Counted from the stretch's first letter, positions 21,301 through 35,114 are shown. The stretch: 55,080 nt of DNA from Monosiga brevicollis MX1 (GCF_000002865.3 NW_001865086.1:1-55080); one strand, 5' to 3'. The notes: generated from the letters alone by a model not told the origin. Made by a program: numbers and translations.

Positions 21301-24115
21301 CCTTTGCGGTAAAATGAGCTGCGTGTATAGTCCCAACTATGGCCATCTGTCAACTGAGAATATGACTCGGCCTTTGACATGGGCGGCCAATGTCCGGGAA
21401 GTCACTCGTGCTGGACTTGTCTATGGAGCCGGTGCTGCTGGCTCGGGCAGCATCGCGCGAATGCGACAGAAAATCAATGAACGTGCGTGCGCGTTGAAGC
21501 ATAACAGGGAATGGCTCGGATTCCCTACTTGGTCTTCGTGCTTTCGTCAAAGAACTGACTCTCGCACATGCTTCACCTTTCTGCTTAGAGCTGCAAGATG
21601 GGCTGTACACGGTTCCGATACCGCTCCCCTATGATCCCAACCAGCTACTCGGCGCCATCCACGCCGATGATATTCTGGTACGGGCTCTTGCTCTCGCCAT
21701 GCCCGGCACCGCCCGTCGTGACAAAGCTCATCCGGTTGTACCCCCTTTGCCCTTCCAATTTGTTGTGTGCCACGACAGTGCCCTGGGGGGGTCAAGGGCA
21801 TGGTTCGCTTCAAATTTGATGTCGAGCCGAACCACGTGGTGCTGTCCACGCCCTCCTCGCGTTGCACCACTGCCACTACCCGCAGCCCAGCCTCGCGGCC
21901 TTGGCTGGATGACAGGCCCATCCCCGTCTTTTCACTTGCGGATGCTTCGCCCGGCATGAGAGGTGCTGCAGTTCATCGACCAGTAGCGACCAGCCGACTT
22001 GATCTGGAGGACGAGGAGGATCCGACATCCATGGTCCATAGCTTCATTGCGCGCTCCGCCAACGAGTTGCAAAAGACGTTAGAGGACGTCAACGCGAAGC
22101 AACAGATCCGCCAAGACCGCTTAAAGGCTGAAATGACCGCGTCCTTGCTCGAAGCCATCGAGGATGGTGGTTCTGATTCCGGCAGTGACTTTGAGGACTG
22201 CAACTTGGAGGACTTGGTGGAAAACACCGTGTCTACGACACCAGTCGCTTGTCCCCGAGGCTCGCGAGATGCAACCCCAACTGGTGAAGCTGAGTGTAAC
22301 AACGCGCCCACTCCTTCGAAATCAAGCCCTGCACCGACAACGCCCCATCTGATTGAGGGCAAGGACGGTACTGCAAGCGAGGTACCCGCGAGCAACCTGC
22401 GGGCCGTGTCAGAACCCGAACACAGGCCGGGCAGTTCGCTTCCAAGCCATCCCCAACCCCCAGTGACGCCGCCTGTGCCCTTGTTGCTCGAGAGGAGCGC
22501 GGTCTCTTATAGCAGCCCGGCCAGCTTGGAATCTCGCTCTTGGCGGGACCGTGCCGACTCCCGCACCTCGCAGGGGTCCCTCTTTTCCCGTGCCGACTCT
22601 GACGTTCGCCTCAACGAGGATCGATCGACTTGCTTCCTGGCTTACAAGCCAGACGATGTCCGAATCGATGATACGGTCATGCGTACCATTCGGCTCGTTG
22701 TGGAGCTGCTGCGAACCGACAAACGATTTGATGTCAAGGACTTTGATGACGACGACATTGTTACTTATGGTGTGACACCCACCTCGAGTGAGGATGGTTT
22801 TGTCGAGTGGATTGACAATGCCAAGACTTTGGGATCACTCATGGCTGAAGACCAGTATGTCTTGTCCGCGATGGGACATGCCCATTTTTGACAGCAAGCC
22901 ACTGACCTTGCGCTCATCTCCTAACTTCTGGTGTCGCGGTGTGTTGTGTGTGTCGTCTAGGGGATATGCCTTTCATACTTTTCGACATCACGACCCGAAC
23001 ACTGTGAGTCGTCATTCTGGCCAATGGCCCAACGCCTCGGCTTGTGCAATGGCACATCGTGTGCGCGCCGTGCTTGGGAACCGACCAAGCGCTGACAGAC
23101 TGGTCTTTCGTGACTCTAGGCCGTGGGGCTGCTGAAACGCCGCCTGTGGAACAGCTTGGCCGTGTACGCTGCGTTGACCTACATTCTGGGTCTCGGAGAT
23201 CGACACGGCGATAACATTCTCATGACTCGGGTATGCTGTTGGCGCTGCAGATGCTGGTAGCACATTTGTCATGCAACGCTCACATCTGCTATCTACGTCG
23301 TGTGCTCTATCCTGGGCCATGTCCCCGCATTGGATGGAAACTGAATGATGTAGACTGGCAAGGTGTTCCATGTCGATTTTGGCTATGTGTTGGGAGCGGA
23401 TCCCAAGCCTTGGCTGCGGTACGTTTGTCTAGTCTGAGCACGAATTTTTGCCCATTTTATTCTTTTGTTCTGGGCGCGGCTCACGTTTGCTGCAAGTACA
23501 GCCTGTCAGTGGCGGTGACAAAGAAGCTGCTGTGTGCCACGGGTGGGGCGGAAGTTCAGCAGGAATTTCTGGAATTGGCGGGCGACGTGTATGTGGCCAT
23601 TCGGCGACATCGCCACGTCATCATGGCTCAAATGCTCGCCCTCACTCTAAAGCAGCCCACCATCAACTCGCTACCTACGGCGACGTTGATTGACCGCCAC
23701 TTTGCAGAGCGACTTATGCCCTATGCCTCTGAAACCGAGGTGTGTGTATAACGGAAATGGCACTTTTCACAGGGGTGCTTCTTGCGTTTGACAAATTTGC
23801 TCCTGGGTGCTGGCAGGCTCGCGACAAATATCTCCAAATTTTTCGGAATGAGACGGAAAGCGCATCTGCCCAGCTCCGTGAGTGGACTGTCATAGCATAC
23901 TCGGCTGTTTTACGCCACCCGCACTTTGCTGTTCCTCATCCGGCTGCTCTCCTCACGAATGATGTTTTTGACGATAACTCCTTTCCATCACATCATTTGG
24001 CACAGTCGAGGTCACGCGGGGCTTTGGTCAAAGCTGTCGCTCGTTTTTTCACACGGCCATGCGCAACGCTGCCGCCTATGTGGAAACGCTTGGAAAAGCA
24101 CCGTCGGCAAACTGA
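18380..24115 (+). CDS. FYVE-like zinc-finger-containing phosphatidylinositol 3/4-kinase family protein, multi-exon; start inferred across a gap
   Basis: CHSC...HHTCRSCNASLCQGC...ICDRC finger; YKPDDVRIDD, VTYGVTPTSSEDGFVEWI, YILGLGDRHGDNILM and VFHVDFGYVLGADPKP PI3K catalytic motifs; plausible ATG at 18380; last exon ends at TGA 24113-24115. Confidence 0.8.
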
Positions 24116-24786
24116 CATGCGCGCTGGCTCTTCCGAGTCGTTGGACACGGGCACAAGCTCCCTCCTGTCCCGCGCTCAATACTTGAAGGTTTTTGGTGTT
24201 GCCTTCTTGCCATGGAAACGTAGCTCGTCGGACAAATGTTTCCCAAAGTGCTGTGCGCCTTCTTTGCGTGGATCACCGCCCCTCCCGCTGGCCATTGATT
24301 GTTGAGTGTTGATTGATTATTGATCGGTTGTCGTTGTCCTTGTTCCCGTCGTTGTTGTTGTTGTTAACTAGTGACGGATGCACATCAACTTATACATGTG
24401 CCATCTTGTCTTCATTTGCCCCCTCGCTGGTCTCGAGCCAATCTGTGTCTCCCGTCCCTGTTGCTTTCGCGTGTAACCCGTTTTTCTTTTCTTCCTTCAA
24501 CGCCTTGAAATTTGGTGTTGGTAATCGACTGCGTCGCCTCTCTCTCTCTCCCTCGCTCCCTCTCTCTCTCTCCCTCTCCCTCTCTCCAGCCGAGCCCCTG
24601 AGGCCTCCGCTTGAAAGACTTCCGTTCTTCTCAACCGCCTCGCCGTCGTTGTGAGTAGCGAGAGCGACTTGGTGCCTGCGCTCGACACCAGTGACCGGGT
24701 TAAGCTATGAAATGACGATGTGTTCAAAACAGATGTTTGAAACAGCATTTGGTACCAACACCTGTTGAGAACGATCCACTATCACG

Positions 24787-25814
24787 ATGGCGGCGACCAT
24801 GTTGATGAACCGCGCGATGGCAGCCGCAATGGCTGCGCGTACGACGCCTGCCCTGGCCGCCCGCTTTGGGGCTCTGGCTCAGACGCCTGCTCGTGTTGCC
24901 GTGCCGGCTTTTGTTCGGTAGGTGCATTCCCTGCTTTTGGTTCACGAACACGAGAAGGGCGGGGGGGAAGAGAGATGTGAGGGCCAGCGAGCGAGTGGCT
25001 CAAGGGCAGCGGCCAGCGCTTGGCCTCGGTCCGGAGTCCTGCGGTGTTGACGCCTCTAAAAAAAATTGGCACCTCTTTTCCTTTGCTGCCTCTGCTGTGC
25101 TGCTGTTCTCATGCCTTCCGTGGGAGGAAACCAAACACTCACTGCTTGTCTCTCTTCTCTCTTCTCCTTCCCCTCACTTGTTAGTGCGTACGGCGGTGGT
25201 GCTGCTGTTCCAACCCAGAAGGAGGTGAGACTTGCGATGCTGAAAGCTGAAAGACTCTTGGCATTGAACGCTCTTTTCTTTCGTGTTTGTCTGTGTGCTC
25301 CAAGAACATCATCCCGGTGACACGGGTTCGGGCACGGTCTGGCCCAATGCCAGAAGACAGTTGTCTCACTGGTCTCGCTCCGTGCGCATCATCCTGCAGC
25401 TCGAGGAGCGTTTCCAATCAATCTTCAGGCTATACGACAAGATTGACGAGAGCAAGGTATGGCGGATGGGCAGCGCAGCGCGCTCGAGCAAATTTCTGCC
25501 TGGTGCTGAAACTCAGCTCGCTTTTTGTTGCATTGCTCCCCCATGTAGCTCACGGCCCAGGCACACTTTGTCAATGACTTGGGCTTGGACAGCCTGGACG
25601 TTGTCGAGGTTATCTCTGTCTTTGAGGAAGATCTTTGTGCGTGGGCTTGACTCGCATTCCACTTGCTCTGTCACGTTACTCGCGTCCGATGTGCTGACCT
25701 GACCTGACCTGATGACCCATGCTTATTCCTCTAGCCTACGATCTGCCCGACACCGAGGCCCTCAACATCTTCTCGATTGAGGATGCCGCCAAGGCCTTCC
25801 TCAAGCACATGTAA
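24787..25814 (+). CDS. NDUFAB1: Mitochondrial acyl carrier protein (5 exons)
   Basis: Ala/Arg-rich presequence; RLYDKID, HFVNDLGLDSLDVVEVI (phosphopantetheine Ser motif), FEED, LPDTEA; TAA at 25812-25814. Confidence 0.9.
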
Positions 25815-26391
25815 AGCCCTTCACTTGGCCACTGACTATTCGTCTTGTAGTGGGTCTCTTTCCCCGCTCTGGCCCTTGAGCTGGGGCGGCGTTCCGTGTG
25901 GTGTTGCCTCCCCTATTCCTGATCGAGGAGCAGGCTGTTTGCGTCTTCCGTCTTTTTTTTTCTTTCTCTACCTGGATACATTTCCTTTCCGTGGCTTAGC
26001 CACTACCTTGGCTGTTCTTGTTGCCTTGCAATTTTACTGCCAATGGTTGAACGCACCATATTGCTCTATTGCTCGAGGCTCGCGCGCACAATGAACGCAC
26101 TGGTAAGGATCTCAGCACAAGGAACCCCTCACTTAAGCCCCTCACCCCTAAAGAAGGCACGTAAAAAGGAACAATACTATCGACGAGCAGTTAATTTGCA
26201 ATGAGATTCAAATTCTCGATTGGGATAGGGATGATCAATCTCTAGTTTGCTGAGGTGGTCAGTCATGCTGGCTTGAGCCCGGCTCAAAACCAGAGGTGAG
26301 AAGGAGGCGTGCCCACATTGTGTTTGGCTTTGAAGCCAATTTAGTCAACAAGGCTACACACAAACACACATACACTAAGCGTGCGACTCGC

Positions 26392-29300
26392 TCACGAGTC
26401 ACTTCGCCGACCATGGTCCTCACGGCGCAATGTACGCAGATCCAGGAGCCAGCGTGGGGAACTCGTTACTTGAGTCAAAGCATCAGCATCGTCCTCGGCA
26501 CACCAACGTTCAATGTCATCGCCCCAAAGCGCCTGGTTGACATCACCGCGCGTTAGTTGGCGACGAGCCATGTAATGCATGTCGTACGTGTCGGCAAACG
26601 ACACAAACGGGGCATGCCGTGCCACGCTGTTGCGCAGCTGTCGAAGCTTTCGCCAGTCTTTATCAGTGCGGGCCACGGCGCGGATCGCCACGTCGTGTGG
26701 CAGCACGAGGTGATGCACAAGCTCCGACTCGCCATCCACGCCCTCGGCGTGCACGGCTTGCGGATTGCGGTTTTCACTGCCGGCGTGCTCCGATGATACG
26801 CTGCCATCCTCGGCATCCCCGGCCATGTAGGCTTGGTGCAGGCGATACACCGTTGGCAAGACGCGGCGCCGGAAGAGGACGGGTGCTTCAAGGCTACTCG
26901 TCACCACCAAGACATCAGCCAGTGCCACAGGTAAAACTAGAAACTCCTGATCTTTGATCTTATGTACGTAGCCAGCGCGGAAGCGGGCAGCCACGAGGCC
27001 GTGCTCAAAGGGCTTCTGGTCGTTGGCCGAGCGGGTGACATCGAGTAGGAAGTGCTGAAACAGCAAAGACTCGTTGCGCGCGGTGAGTGCTTCGCAAGGG
27101 AAATGCACGCGCACGGTTGCTTGGCCCGAAAGGGCGCCCTTGTCCAGCAACTCTTGAAATCCTCCGGCATTACCACCGTTGCCTTCGCCATCGTCGTCTG
27201 CCTCACGACTCTTGCAAGGGTCCTGGCAAAACTCTTCCAATGCCGACGCATGCTTGTCATCAAAGGATGCAATGAGTGGATGCAGCTTAAGGAAAGCTGT
27301 GTGGGCACGTGCACCAAGTCAGTACTGTGGTGAGAACCCTCTCTGAAATCGGCAAGGAAGCGGCACTGAATGGCAGCCGAAAGACAAGAGCCTGCGTGCG
27401 CACAAACCGTCGAGAAGGTAGGCGGTGATGATGTTGCTGACAATGTTTACGATAAAGAGCATGTAGACCACAAAGAAAACTCGAGCCGCACGCGAGGTGG
27501 CTGCAACATGTCCTTGCTGTCAAGGGGCAAGGCAAAAGAGAGCGGAGCACATACGGGCACACGTGCAGCAAAACGAGAGAGATGAGCGAGCGCAGTGTGC
27601 TGACATCGCGACGAAAGGAAAGCCAAAAAATGAACAGATATATGTGGAGTCGGTCAGCGGGGAACACACCATGATGAACTGCCAGTTATTGACAATCATG
27701 AGCGCAAAGAGGGTATAGTATGAGTAGAGAATGTTATCAAAGCTCATGAGCTGGTAAAAGCCGGGGACATCGGCGCCCATGTCATAGGCACTCCCACACT
27801 CGGCACCACACTCGGAGGTGGTATTGGAAAAGGCCAGCATGCCGATGATGGCGTAAGAGTAGAAGATCAGCAGGAGGGCAATGACGTAGTGGCCCAAGCG
27901 ACCCACAAGAAAGACCATGGTCTGCAGCACCTGCCGCATGGACTTGCGCAGGCGGAAGAGTCGGAAAAGGCGCAGCGCACGGTAGATGGTGGCGTGGGTA
28001 CCCAAGCTGTCGGGTTGAACCCATTGTTGGATAAAGCCGGACAGAGAGACGATAACGATGAGAAAGTCAAAGCAATTCCAGGTCGAGCGAAAATAAGCAC
28101 GGGGGCCCCAGTGGAGGATCTTGCACGCTGCTTCGACCACGTAGATGGCAAAGAAAATGTAGGTCGGCGTGGAGGCGCGATTACTGTCGTTGTTCAGGGA
28201 GGCGGTCACCACGACGTAGAGCATGTTGGCAACGATGGTCAGCTGGATCATAAACTCAAACAGGGCCGTATCCACAAAGGCCAGGTTGATGGAAAACGTG
28301 CGTCGGCTGCGGTATTCTTGGAGAATGGTGCTCCATTCGGTGCGTGGCATGTCCGTCTTGCTAGCGAGTGTTGCGCGTGGATCTAGCTGCCAGCGCAGCG
28401 TCAATGCCGTATACAACTGAGGGCGGTGGGGGAGGAAGACAGGCAGTCCAAAAAAAAGGTATGAGCTGAGGGGCGCAATGCATAAAGTGCCAGGTCAAAA
28501 TTGAGCTCGGTCAAAGCAGGGTGCTTTTCTGACCTGGTAAAAGGCGTTGAGAGAGATGCCGGGCTTGTCGGACGCGGCCATGCCAACCTCGCTTTGGCTT
28601 ATCTGGCTGAGGTATTCAAAGTGCAAATTGATGGTCTTGGGTTTGTCGGCGAGGCCAGGTTGCAGCTGGGCCATAAATTCACTGAAGGTGTCAGCCGAGA
28701 TGCGCTCAGTCTCATAGTCGTCCATCAACGGCTGATCACGGTCGGCGGCCTCTGGTGTCAAATGCGGAGCGGTGGGGGCAGTGGCGCCACCATTGGCTTG
28801 GGCACGAAGGCGTTGCACATGGACCAGCATGGCAAAGGCTCGCCGCAGGCCACGACGTTCGTGCACAAGCATCCTCTGAAATTTGTCCTTTTCAATATCC
28901 GAGAAGGTATTGTAAACGACGGCCAAGAAAAGGCTGAGTATAAAGTAGACGCCGAAAAACTGGAAGGCGTGATGCGGGGGGGGAACGGCGGGTGCAACAC
29001 AGGAATGAGTGGATGGTGAGAGATGCATGTAGCATGGTGCGTGAGGTGCTGGCTCTGGGTTGCATGCGTGTTGAAGGCGTACCATGTACAGGACGAAGAA
29101 GATGCCGGCACTGCGGTCGTTGTGAAAGGCGAACAGGCTGACATCGGGGTAATTGGCGGTGGTAATGGCGACAAAGAGGCTGACGAAGGACTCATCAAAG
29201 CTGGAAAAGTAAGGATCGCCGTTTGACTTTTGATTGTGAAAGAGCTTGGTGGGCGAAAAGTACTGGTAAGATATCTGTCGGGGGCATTGAGTCGTGAGGC

Positions 29301-30415
29301 GTCGCACGCGTGTGTGAGTGCCAGCGTAAAGCTGACGGACACTGCCGCCATATTTCGCGCTCCATAGCTCCTGCCCAGCTTTGAAGCATCGAGGAGGTGG
29401 CAAGACGTACCACGGCGCAGACGAGGATGTAAACGAGGAGGAGCATAAACATGTCGACGACACCGACTGAGGTGTTGAAAATGCGCAAGACGACGCGACG
29501 GATGCTGGCGGCATAATAGGCGTCCACCAAAAATAAGGGCCGCACCTAAGAGCGCCACATCGAGTGGTGTGCGCGTTTACCAGAAGATGAGGGGTTGCCG
29601 CGCGTGTAGCAAGATCGTGGGACACGGGAAAGGATGGGCAATCGAGATTGGGCCCCGGAGCACGGGTGGGCTTGTCGAGACGGTGAAAGGGGGCGTACCA
29701 TGCGAAAGGGACGAATGTGGTCGGTACTAAAGCTGGTAAAGATGTCAGTAAAGATGGCTACCAAGCCAACGAGGCGGAGTTGATTGCCGCGGTGGCTGAG
29801 CCAGCGGCGAAAGCCGCCCGAGGCTTGAGCACGGTGATAAGCGTCCCAGACAAAAAAGAGCATGAGGACGAGTTCAACGGCGATGGGGACGCCGTTGGGA
29901 ATGTCGGTAAAGACGGCCGGCTTTTCGATGAGGGCGAGGAGCAGGAGTAGCGTGGCGGCAATCAGCTCAAACCACTTGAACAGGTTGTACCGAGACATGT
30001 GGATGAGGGCAAAGGAGCGCTGGTGAGCAACGCTGACGGGATGGTGTTGGTATTTGAGATAGTATCGGCCTTCCAAGAGGAGGATGACGGCGTGGTCGCG
30101 GTAGGCGTCGGCGGCTGCCAAGGGATTGGTGCGTTCAAGTTGGGCAAGGCGTTGCTGCTCGAGATCCACGGCGTGGCGCTGATCGCCGAAAAACTCGCTG
30201 AGTGTGTCCATGCCAGGCAGCATACCCGAAGCTTGCCCATCGGCGCTGTCCGCGGGAGCGCCTAGGTTGGAACCATCCCCAGTTGGCGGAAGGAGCGGGG
30301 CCTGGTCCTGGTGTGGCTCTGCCACGCTCTCATCAGCAGCTAGCGGCAGAGCTTCGGCCAAATGGGCGCCATCCTCATCCGTTTCAGACGTGGCCAGCAG
30401 TCCCTCGGTTGACAT
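26392..30415 (-). CDS. Two-pore channel (TPC), multi-exon
   Basis: Two 6-TM halves; pore motifs SLFVAITTANYPDV and TLFALMIVNNWQFIM; S4-like YRALRLFRLFRLRK; YFRSTWNCFDF; ATG at 30413-30415. Confidence 0.9.
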
Positions 30416-31289
30416 GATGCCCGTGCAGTTTGAGCGCACACGTGAGACGTTGAAACGTTGGGTGCGGGGTCTCCTAAGCTGAAGAGCGCAGAGCGGGATG
30501 AGGAAAAGGAGAAGAAAAAGAAGAAGGGGGGCCGGGGCTATCAATCAGTCCAAGGTCATTCCCCGATCAACATACCCATGGGCATCAGCGGCAACCACAT
30601 CAGCAGCAGCAGCAGCGGTAGCAGTAGCAGTAGCAGTAGCAGCGGTAGCGGTAGCAGTAGCAGTAGCAGCCAGGTGAAGCGACAGGGCTATAGAATGTGC
30701 GTCCGCAGCTCTGCCACTGAAAAAAAGGGATCAACCCCCCGTGAGCCAACGAACGCAGCAAGCAAGCACGCTTCTCCGCCCCCCACACACACACGCACAC
30801 ACACACATGTATAAACGGAAGGCTGAGGCGGTTCATCAAGCCATGAAGCCAGTGGTACGTACCAACCAACGGCTGCGCGCGCACACGGCCCCGTCGAGAC
30901 GATGAAGAGGACGACGACGTGAGCTGCCGTAAAATACGAGAGAGCGAGAGAGAGAGAGATGTGGTGTGCGTTCTCATGCAGAGACACTATCAATCTGACA
31001 GTTTTGGCCAACGGAAAGTATAACGTATATCCAGAGATGGGGTGGTGGCGTGGACGTTTGGCCAGAGAGGTGTGCGTGGTTGTTGTTTTTTCTGTTGATG
31101 ATTTGCTGGGCCAACTCACCGTCTTTTTGTCAGACAAAATGAGACGAAGGGAAGAGGGAGAGGGAGAGGGTAAAAGTGAGATATGTTTAGAGATATGAAC
31201 AGGCAGGGGATGTGAGTACACGGGAAAACAAAGGCAAGAACAGGGAGAGAGAGGCGAAAAAGGATGTATCCAGAGAGACAAACATTTCA

Positions 31290-31437
31290 CCAATTCAACC
31301 CTCTCTCTTCTCTCTCTCTCTCTCTCTCTCCCTCTAGATCACCAGCAAATCTCTCCCTCTCTCTAAATCTCTCTCTCTCTCTAAATCTCTCTCTCTCTCT
31401 CTCTCTCTCACCTCTCTCGATCCCGAGCATAATATCT

Positions 31438-31485
<48 letters not shown>

Positions 31486-31975
31486 AAACTCTCTCTCTCT
31501 CTCTCTAAAACTCTCTCTCTCTCTCTCTTCTNNNNNNNNNNNNNNNNNNNNNNNNNNNNNNNNNNNNNNNNNNNNNNNNNNAAATTTCTCTCTCTCTCTC
31601 TCTCTCTCTCTAAATCTCCTCTAAATCTCTAAATCTCTAAATCTCTAAATTTCTCTCTAAATCTCTCTCTCTAAATCCCTCTCTCTCAATCTCTCGCTCT
31701 CTCTAAATCTCTCTCTCTAAATCTCTCTCTCTCAATCTCTCGCTCTCTCTAAATCTCTCTCTCTAAATCTCTCTCTCTAAATCCCTCTCTCTCTAAATCT
31801 CTCTCTCTAAATCTCTCTCTCTAAATCCCTCTCTCTCAATCTCTCGCTCTCTCTAAATCTCTCTCTCTAAATCTCTCTCTCTCAATCTCTCGCTCTCTCT
31901 AAATCTCTCTCTCTAAATCTCTCTCTCTAAATCCCTCTCTCTCTAAATCTCTCTCTCTAAATCTCTCTCTCTCTT
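31290..31975. repeat. CT-rich satellite with higher-order structure (ctctctctaaat / ctctcaatctctcgct); second copy at ~42400-43190
   Basis: Direct inspection; near-identical arrangement in both duplicated segments. Confidence 0.9.
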
Positions 31976-32047
31976 ACTTAGGGGAGAGATGGGCAGAGCG
32001 CAGTAGAAGAGGTGAATTTATGTGCCTGCGTGTGTCTCAGGGAGTTT

Positions 32048-32089
<42 letters not shown>

Positions 32090-32126
32090 CGTGCGGCGCA
32101 ACTCGCGGGCGTTGGCATCAATATGA

Positions 32127-32363
32127 GACGTTGTCACCGTCAACAGTCAAACGGCCAGCGTGACTGTGTCAGCCTTTGACAGCATTTCGTTGACGGCTGC
32201 CAACGAGCTCTCCCTCTCGGGGAACGCAATAGTTATGGATAACCTTCCGGTGCTGGCGGCTGATGCAGGGGCAGCCGCCTTTCAGCTCTGCGCTTGTGCT
32301 TCGGGCCAGCTCTACCGCGTGGCAAGCGGTGCCGCTTGTGCTACGGGCGTGTCTCTTTGCTAA
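32127..32363 (+). pseudogene. Sarcoglycan (gamma/delta/zeta-type)-like C-terminal fragment
   Basis: LSLSGNAIVMDNLP...FQLCACASGQLYRV...AACATGVSLC* resembles the Cys-rich sarcoglycan C-terminus (FEICVCANGRLF...TC....VC); no upstream exons seen; in-frame TGA at 32124-32126. Confidence 0.55.
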
Positions 32364-33003
32364 GTAACCCGCCATATCCGCAGTCCAAGCTTGTTGTCCC
32401 TTGGACGTGTATGGGGGATGTTCGCGTAAACATGTTGATATGATGTCTGTGGATGTTCCAGTCGTCTCCTCTCTTCCTCTCTCAACTTGAGCTCGTACCT
32501 GTCGCCTTGAAACCAAGTCGATTTGGATTTTGATTTTTTTTTCTTTACAATGTTAAAGAGAAAAGCACAGTGTGCTAAGCGCCGAAAGCCGTGAATGGAG
32601 CCGTCTTCGAAGCATCCTCAATGCCAGTGCGATGTCTGAAGGTTTGGCAGTTGGCAAGCATAAAAACGTATTTAGACTGGCAGGCAGACGCTTCCTTTAC
32701 CTGCCTACGTCGCAGAGTTGCCAAGCGCGATCCAGAGAGTGCAGGGGTTGCGATGTGATGATCGCCCACACAAGCCGGGCGCCGAAATGAATCGTGAGGC
32801 ACAGTTCGGCCTCTGTGATCTCAGAGTAAAGCGAGCACAACGCGCCGCGGACTTTGTGGCTGTGGCACGGGAAGCCGAGATGATGCGCATCCAAGAACGA
32901 TATTATTCACGCATCACTCCAGTCAGTCCACGGTCGCGTTCAAATGCTCAAAAGCGAATCATGCGAGCAGAGAGGAAAGGATCTCAACACCAAAACCCAA
33001 TGT

Positions 33004-34700
33004 TCACACTGCCTCGAGTTTGGCATCATTCGATCGTGTATAGGACACCACCAGCTCGGAATAGATGTGTGAATGGTCGTAGATGGCCACCTGGTGAAAT
33101 TCGCCACACGGTGTCGCGATCACCGAGTCATGTTTGTAGAAAAGGTCACAGGCAATCGTCGTGTCAGGTCCAAAGTCGACCAGAGGTACTCGCGGCTCAG
33201 AACCAACATGCAACGTGTCTGTCCGGCGCACCGCTCATTGTCTGGTGCGCCTGGCAAGAGCAGTGGGGCCAGTGCTCCACAAGGTGGTGCTTCATGGACC
33301 TAGGCATGACCCAACAGAACTTGCGTGACAGTGAGCATGCGCTTGCCGTCGAGTCAACCGTTGGTGTACCGATGACTCTCTAAAGTCATACACAAAAGCG
33401 CATCTGGCATCAGACCAGCAGCCCATTTCGATCAAACCAGTCGCAGTTTCTAACCCCACCTTGCCAAAAATGATCGAACAAGTAAACACCGAAATCAAAA
33501 CCGGTGGCTCGCGCAGCGACCAGCAAAGCGATGGTCGAGACCCAAGCGCACAATCTTATCGCGCAGCGATTGCTCGGGCGTGAAGCAGCCAGCGCTCTTG
33601 ACAGGGTGTATCACGAAGCAAAGCTGGACTGCCCAAGAACGCGTCCGAGGTGGTGGTGACAAGTCGATTATAGTGCCCTAACTTGTGAGGCGGTGCAGGA
33701 TCTCCCGTCGCTTGGTGTTGTGGCGCTCCCACCGCACGGGGTTCTGCACACGCGCCACCCGCTGCCCTGCAGCGTTACCTGGTCCTAGCCCGTCAGCAAT
33801 CAGCTGCTGCAGTAGTTCAGCCACCTAGTCACACAATAAATTCAAACCACACGGCTTGTCAAGATCAAAAGAACAGTATTATTATGACGATATCAGCAGG
33901 CAACGCACCTCTGACACGAGCTCGGGCGTGTCGCACAAAACGTCAATGGCTGGCCCAACAACGTGGGCGTTGCACACTCTGCCCGGCGCTGAAGAGAGTT
34001 GGGCGCTGCTTGAGATTTGTTGCAAGCAGGCCCATGTTTCCTTGTACAAACCGCTCGTCGCGTCGCACATCTGCACACAAACACCACATGTCAACAACAA
34101 CAACAACAATGAGATTCGCCTCGGGCGAGAGGTCAGTCACTGGGTTCCAACTGTTGGAATTTCGCAAACTCCCAATGCTTCTCGGGCTGCTGTCAACTCG
34201 GCCATACTGCGCTTTGCCATCTCGTCCAAACAAAGCATGCCATTGATGCGAGTCCACTCGATGCATCAGTCGAGGTGACATCTTGGTTTGCACATGGTCA
34301 TTTGCTCGGCCGTGTCTCCAGAATGCCAAACTTGAGTGTGGATTAGGCTGCCAAGAGCGCTGGTCGTCTCGGCCAAGAGTCGATGAATTACAACCGCCGT
34401 CATCCAAAAGGTCGCGGCGTACCCCAAGCGTTGGCCGATACAGGTACGTGGTCGTTTTTCGACGAAATGCAGCATAGTCGTCGGACGTGGCCAGCCTGCC
34501 CCGCTTCTCCAGCCAGCTGCTCAGCCTGTGCTCCAGAGGCTTGCCCAGCAGCAAAAACATGAAGATTAGCATACTGATCTCCCGATCCATGTATGGAAAG
34601 GTATGCCGTTCATTCAGGGACAGCCAGCTGTCAGGCTCCACAGCATGTGAAAGGCCAGTTTTGGGTTTGAAGGAAGCGGGTCGTGTTGAGGAGGCGTTTT
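33004..34700 (-). pseudogene. Decayed module B (kinase tail + PARP, 34070-33004) with upstream decayed exon, copy 2
   Basis: Homologous to 8719-10467; deletion/frameshift at the HG motif; catalytic Glu position reads Q (EFHQVAIY). Confidence 0.85.
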
Positions 34701-35114
34701 AAAAGAGGTTTGAGAGACGTCCATCGGGACGAAACAAGAAATTTGGAGGTGTCGTGAGGTCAATTGAGCCAGCTGCGGTCGGCAAGCATTGACAGTGACC
34801 AGACCAAGAGGTGTTACAACAAACAAACAAACAACAACGAACAACGGTGAACACAAGCATATCAGACAAGACTGTCTGCCAAGACATTGCAAAGCTCGCG
34901 GGGTCGACGCATGTGCCCCCTAGAGGAAGGGCACGCCTCAGTTCGTCTCGGTGCGTATGTTAGTCAGGAAATGAAGTCGCACCAGCTCCATAGGGGCTCC
35001 TGTGGGAAGACCCATGGTAGATGACGCTGATTGTGTGCAAAAGCAACGGGGTGTCCATATGCGTGGGAAAGCGGCGGATTGGACGCGAACGACCACCGAC
35101 TAGTCCAGCTCATC

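Noticed and set aside
32572..33000. ORFs in the duplicated spacer (also 43789-44220)
   Set aside because: Short, overlapping in several frames, no motif; their similarity is explained by recent duplication
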